Source of the DNA: Promethearchaeota archaeon
GTDB lineage: Archaea > Asgardarchaeota > Lokiarchaeia > Sigyniarchaeales > SOKP01
Assembly: GCA_048938895.1 (NCBI GenBank)
Contig: JBHLLU010000006.1
Span: forward strand, 32,001 to 96,000
Length of the DNA: 64,000 nucleotides
Direction: 5' to 3'
Shown: positions 1 to 8,044 of the stretch, piece after piece
Position numbering within the stretch: position 1 is the stretch's first letter
Layout of the letters: the number at the start of each line of letters is the position of its first letter
The notes under the pieces: generated by a model
The model's input: only the letters and a program-made list of their open reading frames with translations
Told to the model about the DNA's origin: nothing
The model's database searches: none
Program-made: the position numbers and the translations under genes

Positions 1-1438
1 TTAGCATTGAACTAAGGTTAGCATAATAAACATAATCACCAATAACTGTAGCTTTAACATTATAAAAGTTATCTTCCTCATTTTGTTTATAGTATATCGT
101 ATCCCCTCCATTTGCAGACCAACTCACAAGTGTTTGAGCTTTGATTTCGTAATACAAAGTATAAATCCCTTGCTTCATAAGGTAGGATTGAACTATTCCT
201 GTTGTTTTATCTACTTTAGATAACACCATATCTGTTCCGGTGGAATTTACTACATAACTTTCAAAAACCCCATTTTCAGTATAGTAGATTTCATCGAATG
301 GCGCGTCCCATATGCGGAGTGTTTCATTATTCCACATGAATTCAAAATCTTCTAATACGAAATTATTAGGATAAATGAAATTAAATAGATTTGGACCTTC
401 ATTGTCAAAGTATTGAGGATAGAAATTATTTGCAGCTCCTAATGGTATGTCGACTTCTACAAGCTCATATTCGGTACCATTCCATAGATATAGATCACCA
501 GTTACCTGTTCATAAACCATATAGACAGGGTCATTTTCCTGATTGCTGAAACTATTTCCAGTCTTATTTAACAATACAGGAGAAATACTATTTATATGTG
601 CTTTTAGATCATATGCTTCTCCAGCGGGATCTGAACCTTCATACCAATCATAGTAGATATCTTGTCCAGGAGAGACTCCCCATGTAATTTCATCAGTAAT
701 ATCATAATCAAAAACTTGTTTCATAGAAGCCTGGATATACAGTGGGCCATCACCCATATTTACTAATAAAGCTGCTTCTCCATAATCTAGAGTTCCGTCA
801 TTTAAATAAGTGGCATCAGAATAGAATGGACCTGTAGAATTCCAGAAGTAAATATTTCGTAAACCTATATCATAAGTGTAGTTGTCAAATTTATTAAAGC
901 CACTCATTCCCATCGGATAATAAAAAGATTCATTTATGATTGGTGCTAAAATATCAACCTCTAAGCTTGAACCGTTTTTAGGTAATAATAAAGGCATACC
1001 CATATTTCCTGCTCTTATTCTATATGTCATTGGATCGGTACTATTATAACCGAAAAGTGCGAATTCTTGTGAATCCCAATATGGTTCTAACTCACCTGCT
1101 GTAACGTTGTTATAACATTGAGTTGCATTCACTTGGGAGAATTCATTTATTCCTAACCAGTTGATTGTGACATTTTCAATTGAAGTAATATTATAAATCC
1201 AAATATCTCGCCACATTCCAGATACCTCACCTGTGGTAGCATTTGTGATAACGAATTCTGTCTCGTAATATAGTTGATCTCCAATGTTAATATCCCAATG
1301 CCAACCATTATTCGGATCAGGTTCAGGGACATATTCTATCGCTTTAGCATTTAGGCTAAATGAACTAAGTATCATCAATGTTGGAATAAGAATCAAAAGA
1401 ATCAAAACTAATGGTTTTTCTCTTTTTGAAATTTTCAT
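1..1438 (-). CDS. Secreted/surface protein with ~190-200 aa repeated domains (3' end lies outside the window)
   Basis: Not in the ORF track. Hand translation from ATG at 1438 gives MKISKREKPLVLILLILIPTLMILSSFSLNAKA (signal peptide). The motifs WHWDINIGDQLYY, ITWGVSPGQDIYY and VSWSANGGDTIYY follow in segments read toward position 1. Confidence 0.85.
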   Translation of the reverse strand, partial: MKISKREKPLVLILLILIPTLMILSSFSLNAKAIEYVPEPDPNNGWHWDINIGDQLYYETEFVITNATTGEVSGMWRDIWIYNITSIENVTINWLGINEFSQVNATQCYNNVTAGELEPYWDSQEFALFGYNSTDPMTYRIRAGNMGMPLLLPKNGSSLEVDILAPIINESFYYPMGMSGFNKFDNYTYDIGLRNIYFWNSTGPFYSDATYLNDGTLDYGEAALLVNMGDGPLYIQASMKQVFDYDITDEITWGVSPGQDIYYDWYEGSDPAGEAYDLKAHINSISPVLLNKTGNSFSNQENDPVYMVYEQVTGDLYLWNGTEYELVEVDIPLGAANNFYPQYFDNEGPNLFNFIYPNNFVLEDFEFMWNNETLRIWDAPFDEIYYTENGVFESYVVNSTGTDMVLSKVDKTTGIVQSYLMKQGIYTLYYEIKAQTLVSWSANGGDTIYYKQNEEDNFYNVKATVIGDYVYYANLSSML

Positions 1439-1566
1439 ATTTAATCATTTGGTTTTTTGTGTAATACTATTTATATTCTTATTTTTAAATTAAAAGGATA
1501 ATAGTAGAATTTATTTTTATATTTATTTACACAAAAATGTATAAAAAATACTCAAGGAGTATTAAG

Positions 1567-2295
1567 TTATAATATCTCCAATAATTCATCTAGAGAATTT
1601 AATAATAGATCAGGGTTGTATTCCCCCAAAATTTCTTTTTTACTAACCCCAGTTGCTACTCCTATGGTCCAAAAACCCGCTTCATACCCCGCAGTTATAT
1701 CAGAGGGCATATCACCGATCATTAAGAATTCATCTCTTTTTTTTTTATTATATGTTTCGAAAGGTGGTTGAAGTGCCATAGGATCTGGTTTTTGAACTGG
1801 GATTTTATCACTACCATAAACACCTTTAAAAAACTTATCAATACTTTCTTTTTCTAAATGATCTATTATTGTTTCCGTTTTATTATGAGAAACAATAAAG
1901 AGATCGAAGGTCTTACTTAGTTTTTTTAGAAGTGGTTTGACTCCTGATAATATAGGTGCTTCTTTTGAGTATTCAAGATACTTTGAAAAGATCTCTACAG
2001 CGATTCTTAATTGTTTAAAGTAAGTTAAGTTATTTAAACTAGTGATATGTTTGAAAATTTCATAAGATTCCAAGAGCACTTTTGGCAAAGGATATCCTTG
2101 GATTGTTTCTAATAATGCGCCTATCTCCTGAATTGTTATTTCCATGTCTACCTCAATCTTTTTCTCTACTAGAGTTTCTTCTATAGATTTTTCAAGTATT
2201 TCTCGTATATCAAGAAGAGTACCATCAAAATCAAATATTATGGCTCTTAACGATCCGTTTTGAAGCCTTTCAATTAATTCCTGTTCTCTGTTCAT
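1567..2295 (-). CDS. HAD-superfamily hydrolase (phosphoglycolate phosphatase-like)
   Basis: Motif I FDFDGTL, motif II VSHN, KPDP, motif IV IGDMPSD. Confidence 0.9.
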   Translation of the reverse strand: MNREQELIERLQNGSLRAIIFDFDGTLLDIREILEKSIEETLVEKKIEVDMEITIQEIGALLETIQGYPLPKVLLESYEIFKHITSLNNLTYFKQLRIAVEIFSKYLEYSKEAPILSGVKPLLKKLSKTFDLFIVSHNKTETIIDHLEKESIDKFFKGVYGSDKIPVQKPDPMALQPPFETYNKKKRDEFLMIGDMPSDITAGYEAGFWTIGVATGVSKKEILGEYNPDLLLNSLDELLEIL

Positions 2296-2368
2296 ATCAG
2301 TAAAAATTTTTTAAATAAATGTTAATGATGAAAAGAATAAACTTCTTAAAAACTATTGTAGAAAAATT

Positions 2369-3055
2369 TTAAGAAGATAAATGTTTGATAGCACCAAATC
2401 CTTGAATGATACCACATAATAGGAGGGTGTAAATCATAAATTTTTGTCCTACTACATAAATATACAAACCAACAGCAGTATGATGAGTAGGAGCAAATAT
2501 AAGAATTACATAATAGATACCTAAAATAATTGCGGAAATTGTAAATACAATCGCATATGAATTTGCATAATTTTCAGTCTTAAATATTACAATTGCATAC
2601 AAGATGATACTCAAAAAAATTGAACCAAATCCAAGGAAAACAAATAACTCATGAAATAAATTAACTAAATCTGAAGGAGTTAACGCTATACCAACATAGA
2701 ATATCCCTGCAAATACTCCAAAAATAGATCCAGTAAGGTAGAATTTCTTTAATCCTTTAGTTGTTTTGAAAAATCGAGAAAAAGTAATGTAAAATGGAAT
2801 TTGAAATAAACCCCATATACTTAGAGTAATTGTAAAAAGTATAAATGAAATTGTATTAATATTTCCCGAGTGCGCGACAGTTCTTCCTAGATCACTAAAA
2901 TAATTATACCAAAATAAATACTGGGATGTAGACGGATCTATATAAGTTCCGCCCTCATATAAACTCATAGCAAGTGCAGTAACAATGATAAATTGAATAC
3001 AACCTGTTATATTTAGTGCAAATAGCCACTTTTTTAATTTTATATTTAAAACCAT
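2369..3055 (-). CDS. Integral membrane protein, DUF998-like
   Basis: About 6 hydrophobic segments and the NYFSDLG motif. Confidence 0.65.
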   Translation of the reverse strand: MVLNIKLKKWLFALNITGCIQFIIVTALAMSLYEGGTYIDPSTSQYLFWYNYFSDLGRTVAHSGNINTISFILFTITLSIWGLFQIPFYITFSRFFKTTKGLKKFYLTGSIFGVFAGIFYVGIALTPSDLVNLFHELFVFLGFGSIFLSIILYAIVIFKTENYANSYAIVFTISAIILGIYYVILIFAPTHHTAVGLYIYVVGQKFMIYTLLLCGIIQGFGAIKHLSS

Positions 3056-3060
3056 TTAGG

Positions 3061-4257
3061 TTATCTCACAACTTCTTTAAATTTTCTGATGAAGATAAGG
3101 TTAATAATAAAAAGAATAATCAAACTCAGTGAAAGAGAAAGGTATCCTAATAGAATATTAATATCTGCCATGAAACCTAGAAAAATTTGAGATATAAAAA
3201 AGGATAACCCAGTAGAGGCTTCTAGTATTCCACTATACTTAGATGTTTTTTTCAAGACATTAAGGGTGATAAACAATTTCGATGCTGTACCGTATAAGAT
3301 ACCATAAAAAAATCCCGAAAACATGAACAAAATGATAAAGAGGTAATAAATCTTATTAAATAGGAAGAAGATAAACAGAAATGGATAGATCATTAATGTA
3401 AGTACTGATACGAGCTTTAATTTACTTAAAATTAATAAATTGGAAAAATATAATGCTAAAGTTTGTGTAATTACTGCAAAAATATTGGTAATATATGTAC
3501 TAGAAGCAGAAAAACCAAGGAACTCTGCTCTAATTGGATAAAGAAACGAGCCATTCGCCGCAGCAAAAGAAGTATATAGAATAAAAAGTAGTGGGACAAT
3601 TACAGGAATGTAATAATTCTTAATTGATTTATAATTTTCATTAGCAGTGCTATCTATTGGATTCATGCTTCGTGTATTATAATAATTATTAATCGAAGGC
3701 TGGAAGCAAGTAATTGCAATAATAGAATTGATTAGCAAGATTATAGGGCTAATGTAAAAAATAAATTTTAGATCCTCAGTAAACATTAAGATAATTGCCC
3801 CAAATAATAAACCAAAGACGATCGCTATACTCCAAGAGAGATTGAATTTCGCTAAATATCTCGGATGATTGATGTTAGGAACGTCTGATATACTTGCGGT
3901 AAGGTTGGGGAAAAAAAAACCTAAAATAAAGCCTTCAAGGAGTCTTTCAATTAAAAAAATAATTGGATTTAATGTAATATAGAATATCAATTGAAGACAT
4001 GTAGCACCAACCATAGAAATAATTACGCTTCTTCTTCTCCCTAATCTATTAGAATAATTGGTTAGTATAATTGGTGAAATACTATATGTAATTGTCATAG
4101 CAATGGAAAGTAGACTAATAAATTTAATTTGGATACCTTGTCGAATAAAATATATTGGTATTGCTAATGATAGGAGAGGACTACTAAAAGCAAAAATAAA
4201 AGCTAAAATAAAAATTGGCCAAAACTGCAATTTTTGACTAGAAGTTTCAAACGACAC
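3061..4257 (-). CDS. MFS transporter
   Basis: About 12 TM segments, motif A-like SNRLGRRR and ERLLEGF; GTG start. Confidence 0.85.
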   Translation of the reverse strand: MSFETSSQKLQFWPIFILAFIFAFSSPLLSLAIPIYFIRQGIQIKFISLLSIAMTITYSISPIILTNYSNRLGRRRSVIISMVGATCLQLIFYITLNPIIFLIERLLEGFILGFFFPNLTASISDVPNINHPRYLAKFNLSWSIAIVFGLLFGAIILMFTEDLKFIFYISPIILLINSIIAITCFQPSINNYYNTRSMNPIDSTANENYKSIKNYYIPVIVPLLFILYTSFAAANGSFLYPIRAEFLGFSASSTYITNIFAVITQTLALYFSNLLILSKLKLVSVLTLMIYPFLFIFFLFNKIYYLFIILFMFSGFFYGILYGTASKLFITLNVLKKTSKYSGILEASTGLSFFISQIFLGFMADINILLGYLSLSLSLIILFIINLIFIRKFKEVVR

Positions 4258-4418
4258 GATCTTATAGCTAAAAATGAATGATTAATATTAAACTTAAATT
4301 ATCAAATTTTGAAGCTCTGAAACAACAATAATTTAAAAACTTGGGATTAATTGTTTTAATTAGGGGATTAGTAGTTTATTTGTACTAAACCTATTATATA
4401 CAGTATTGTGAATCTAAG

Positions 4419-5177
4419 ATGAAAGAACTTTTTGTTTATAATTTTATCTTGTTATTTTTTGGATTATCATCAATTTTTGTATTTATTGTGTTATTTTTTA
4501 TTCCAGCGGGGTATGGTCAACATGTAGATAAAAAGTGGGGACCAACAATTAACAACAAGCGGGGATGGTTCATAATGGAAGTTCCAACAGTTATCATTTT
4601 CCTTTTTTATTTTTTAATTGGAAATAGATCATCTGGTTTAATTCCATTAATATTTCTATGTATTTGGATGTTGCACTATTGCCAGAGAACTTTTCTATTT
4701 CCCTTATTAATTCATGGCGTTCAACCAATGCCAATTACAATAATCATAATGGGAATGACATTTAATGGAATAAATTCATATTTACAAGCAAGATGGCTTT
4801 ATACATTTTCTCCCTCGTATGCATTCTCTTGGCTTTTTAATCCACTGTTTATCGCGGGTCTTATTATTTTTATTTGTGGATTTATAATTAATATGCATTC
4901 TGATTATATCATTCGGACATTACGAAAACCTGGAGAAAATGAATATAAAATTCCATACGGAGGAATGTTTCGATATGTAAGTTGTCCTAGTTATTTTGGA
5001 GAGATAACAGAATGGGTGGGATGGGCAACTTTGACGTGGTCATTCCCAGGGTTAGTGTTTGCTGTATGGACATTTGCAAATCTTGCTCCTAGAGCACGAT
5101 CAAATCATTTATGGTATATAAAAACTTTTGGAGATTATCCACAAAATCGAAAAGCTCTTATTCCCTTTATTTTCTAA
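4419..5177 (+). CDS. Steroid 5-alpha-reductase family protein (3-oxo-5-alpha-steroid 4-dehydrogenase / DET2-like)
   Basis: GWFIMEVP, HYCQR, FRYVSCPSYFGEITEWVG, ANLAPRARSNHLWY and RKALIPF motifs. Confidence 0.9.
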   Translation: MKELFVYNFILLFFGLSSIFVFIVLFFIPAGYGQHVDKKWGPTINNKRGWFIMEVPTVIIFLFYFLIGNRSSGLIPLIFLCIWMLHYCQRTFLFPLLIHGVQPMPITIIIMGMTFNGINSYLQARWLYTFSPSYAFSWLFNPLFIAGLIIFICGFIINMHSDYIIRTLRKPGENEYKIPYGGMFRYVSCPSYFGEITEWVGWATLTWSFPGLVFAVWTFANLAPRARSNHLWYIKTFGDYPQNRKALIPFIF

Positions 5178-5189
5178 CCCATCTTTCTA

Positions 5190-6221
5190 TTAAAAAATAT
5201 TTGAGTGAGATTTTATATAGATCCGGTTTCGTGAATCTACTAACTTAAAACTGCTCTTTTTATCAAGAAGGCTTTCAGTTTTACCCAAAATTAAGATACC
5301 ATTTTCCACTAACCTATCTTCAATAATTTTTAAGAATTTAGTACGATTTTCGCGATTAAAGTAGATAAGAAGGTATCTACAAAAAATTATATCATATTTA
5401 TAGGATTTCTTATGACCTTTGGTAACATCTTCTTCAATCCATTCAATGACTCCTTTAATCTTACTACTAATTAAATTATTATGTCCAAAATGAGTTTTTT
5501 GTTTAGTGAAATATTTAATTTCATAATAATCTGATATTTCTTTCATAGCATCATCACTAAAAATTCCAGTCTTTGCTTTTTCAACTGCTTCATGAGCAAT
5601 ATCAGATGCCACGATTCTATATTTTGGGAAACGGGTTATTTGAGATTTAAGGTTGTCCATAATCATTGCAATTGAATATGGCTCCTCTCCCGTAGCACAT
5701 GGACAAGACCATATATTTATACAATTTTTTTCAATTGGAGCAAGTTTTAATTTCTTGTAAAAAGATAACTTATTAAGGAAGATAAAGAGATCCATATAAT
5801 TATTATCAGGTTTTGTTTGCCTGTTTTTCATTAAATTTTTCGCAGCATTAGCTTTAGATCGAAATTTTGCTAGTTTTAATGGATCAGGTTTTATATTACA
5901 ATCTATATCTCTTTTAGAGACATTTAAACCTTGTAGGATAACGTCTTGGAAAGTCTCAAATATATCATAATCTCTGAAAAAGAACGTATAGTTTATAGTG
6001 AAACCATCAACAAATTTTTTTACCTCGTTTTCTTTTGAAGAGATTTCTTTTAAATAATCTTCAGGATCCGCACATTTTACCCTTATCATTCTTGCTTTTA
6101 TGCGTTTTTCAATAAAATGTTTATTATAATATTCAAAGTTTAATCCTGTTTTAACTCTCAATAGTTTAAGCAGTTTATGGTAAGAATTGGTATCGATATG
6201 AATACTTTCGATGAGTTTCAC
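5190..6221 (-). CDS. cheR: CheR-type protein-glutamate O-methyltransferase with internal insertion
   Basis: TINYTFFFRD, WSCPCATGEEPYS, ASDI, DIIFCRYLLIYF, LGKTESL. Confidence 0.88.
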   Translation of the reverse strand: MKLIESIHIDTNSYHKLLKLLRVKTGLNFEYYNKHFIEKRIKARMIRVKCADPEDYLKEISSKENEVKKFVDGFTINYTFFFRDYDIFETFQDVILQGLNVSKRDIDCNIKPDPLKLAKFRSKANAAKNLMKNRQTKPDNNYMDLFIFLNKLSFYKKLKLAPIEKNCINIWSCPCATGEEPYSIAMIMDNLKSQITRFPKYRIVASDIAHEAVEKAKTGIFSDDAMKEISDYYEIKYFTKQKTHFGHNNLISSKIKGVIEWIEEDVTKGHKKSYKYDIIFCRYLLIYFNRENRTKFLKIIEDRLVENGILILGKTESLLDKKSSFKLVDSRNRIYIKSHSNIF

Positions 6222-6418
6222 CTATATATTAAAGGAGAATATTATATTTTACTTATATACTTAGAATGTTTCTTTCATGTCAAATTCACACTTCCATTAT
6301 ATTAGTTTCCGAATTTATATATTGCTAAATAGAAAAGTTTGCTTCAAGCATCTCGAACAACTCTTTAAAGATGAGAAAACTATTTTGTTAAACAAAAAAT
6401 AAGCAATTCCCCCTATAG

Positions 6419-7723
6419 TTATTCTTTCTTTTCCAGTTTTTCTAATGCTTTCCTAATCTTTATTAGTTCTTCTGAGCTTAACTTATCTTCTTGTTCTTCA
6501 GATTTATTTATCTCTTTTTTTTCATATTGGGATTCCATATGTCTTATCTTTTCCCTTATTGCTGCACGAATAAATTCAGATTGAGATTGACCAGAAATCT
6601 GTGCATAATACTTAATGTTATCTAGTTCTGCCACACTTGCTAGAAATTTGACTTGTTGACTTTTTTTCATTGCCTCTTCTACTTTTTTTAGCTCTTCCCT
6701 TCTTTTTTCTTTCTCGATTTTTCTCGCTCTTATTTCTTCCTCGTCTGCTTTTTGTAGATAACTACCAGTTTCTCTTGCTAATTGAAAAGTACTTTTTAAT
6801 TCGCCCAATATATTTTTTCTGATAGATGCAGGTCTGGATTTCTGATCCTCAAAAATCTCAGGACTTATCCATTTTAATGCCCTTGCATCAAGGTTCCTCA
6901 CTGGATCTGGGAGAATTTCTATTTGATTTCCCAATAGGTCGAGATAATTTAATGATCTTAAATTTTCAAATATATCAGGAATGGATTTAAGATTATTATT
7001 TTGTAAAGAAACCTTTCTAAGAAACGTGAGATTCCCAATTGATTCAGGGAGCGATATTAGCTGATTATCATTTACCCAAAGAGTTGTAAGTGATCTAAGG
7101 TCACCTATTGATTCCGGTAGAGTCATTAAATTATTTCTTCCTAAGTAAAGGAGTTTTAGAGATTTAAGATTCCCAATTGTTTCTGGGAGTGTCTCTAATT
7201 TATTAAGATCTAACCATAACAATTCCAATGAGGAAAGATTACCTATACTCTCTGGGAGTACGTTTAACAAATTCCCATCCAAATATAATTCCTTAAGATT
7301 CGATAAGTTTCCAATTGATTCTGGAAGATTATTTAAGAAATTACTATCTGAAACAAGTATTTTAAGAAATTTTAAATTCCCTATTGATTCTGGAAGGAAT
7401 TTTAACTTATTTGACCTAATATTAAGATGTCTAAGCAACTTGAGATTTCCAATCGACTCAGGGAGAGATGTCAGATTATTATAACCTATGTAGAGCATCC
7501 TAAGTGATGAGAGGTTTCCAATCGAATCTGGAAGCGTAGTTAATTTCTTTAGGTTAAGTTTTTCTAATTTCTGACCATTTAACATTAATTCGGTAATATG
7601 ATCACCAATAACTTTGATCCCAAAATTACTACTCTTTTTCCTTTCTACTCGAGGAAATTGTTTTCCTATCAATTCTTCTAATTCTCTTAATACTTCATTT
7701 TCTTCTGGTTTTAACTCACTCAT
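6419..7723 (-). CDS. Leucine-rich repeat protein with charged coiled coil and C-terminal ribbon-helix-helix (CopG/Arc-like) domain
   Basis: Nine full 23-aa LRRs (LPESIGNLxxLxxLxL), an E/K/R-rich helix, then QQVKFLASVAELDNIKYYAQISGQSQSEFIRAAIREKI. ATG at 7723 is preferred over the track start at 7741 because it overlaps the upstream ORF stop (ATGAGTGA). Confidence 0.85.
   Translation of the reverse strand: MSELKPEENEVLRELEELIGKQFPRVERKKSSNFGIKVIGDHITELMLNGQKLEKLNLKKLTTLPDSIGNLSSLRMLYIGYNNLTSLPESIGNLKLLRHLNIRSNKLKFLPESIGNLKFLKILVSDSNFLNNLPESIGNLSNLKELYLDGNLLNVLPESIGNLSSLELLWLDLNKLETLPETIGNLKSLKLLYLGRNNLMTLPESIGDLRSLTTLWVNDNQLISLPESIGNLTFLRKVSLQNNNLKSIPDIFENLRSLNYLDLLGNQIEILPDPVRNLDARALKWISPEIFEDQKSRPASIRKNILGELKSTFQLARETGSYLQKADEEEIRARKIEKEKRREELKKVEEAMKKSQQVKFLASVAELDNIKYYAQISGQSQSEFIRAAIREKIRHMESQYEKKEINKSEEQEDKLSSEELIKIRKALEKLEKKE
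6890..7543 (-). repeat. 69-bp / 23-aa LRR coding repeats (9 full plus 1 partial)
   Basis: Periodic LPESIGNL units in the translation. Confidence 0.95.
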
Positions 7724-7889
7724 ATGTTCTATACCCACCAAATCTAATATTAAATACCCTATCGAATCTAGAGGCTTCGATTGCTTCTATTAAAAAACTT
7801 TTGATTCCTACTCTGGAACTGCTAATAATAATGCCATCGATTTGAATCTTATCTTCTCGTTCTGGCTTTTTAAATACTATCTCAGTCAT
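7716..7889 (-). CDS. Small hypothetical protein (57 aa) translationally coupled to the LRR-RHH gene
   Basis: Hand translation: MTEIVFKKPEREDKIQIDGIIISSSRVGIKSFLIEAIEASRFDRVFNIRFGGYRTYE*. It fills the gap between the promoter and the LRR gene, and its TGA overlaps the LRR ATG. It is shorter than any ORF in the track. Confidence 0.65.
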   Translation of the reverse strand: MTEIVFKKPEREDKIQIDGIIISSSRVGIKSFLIEAIEASRFDRVFNIRFGGYRTYE

Positions 7890-7910
7890 TTTTTCAAACT
7901 CAAATTGTAT

Positions 7911-7970
7911 ATGTACTTATTATGTACATAGTAAATTTTATCACATTTAAATGTACCGAATATGTACATA
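7911..7970 (-). promoter_or_regulatory. Promoter with duplicated operator-like element (ATGTAC-N4-TATGTACATA x2) flanking a TATA box
   Basis: atgtacttattatgtacata at 7911-7930 and atgtaccgaatatgtacata at 7951-7970, 40 bp apart. TATGTACATA is a perfect palindrome. TTTAAA lies at 7951-7946 on the minus strand. Confidence 0.7.
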
Positions 7971-8044
7971 AAACAAAATTATAAGATAGATAATCTTTTT
8001 AGGATATTTTGTCAAAATTTATACTGAATTATTTAGCAAGCAAT

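Noticed and set aside
1284-1493. 69-aa plus-strand ORF
   Set aside because: Antisense shadow of the signal-peptide region of the minus-strand gene starting at 1438.
6890-7543. Periodic DNA repeats resembling a CRISPR array
   Set aside because: These are degenerate in-frame 69-bp LRR coding repeats, with no identical repeats or unique spacers.
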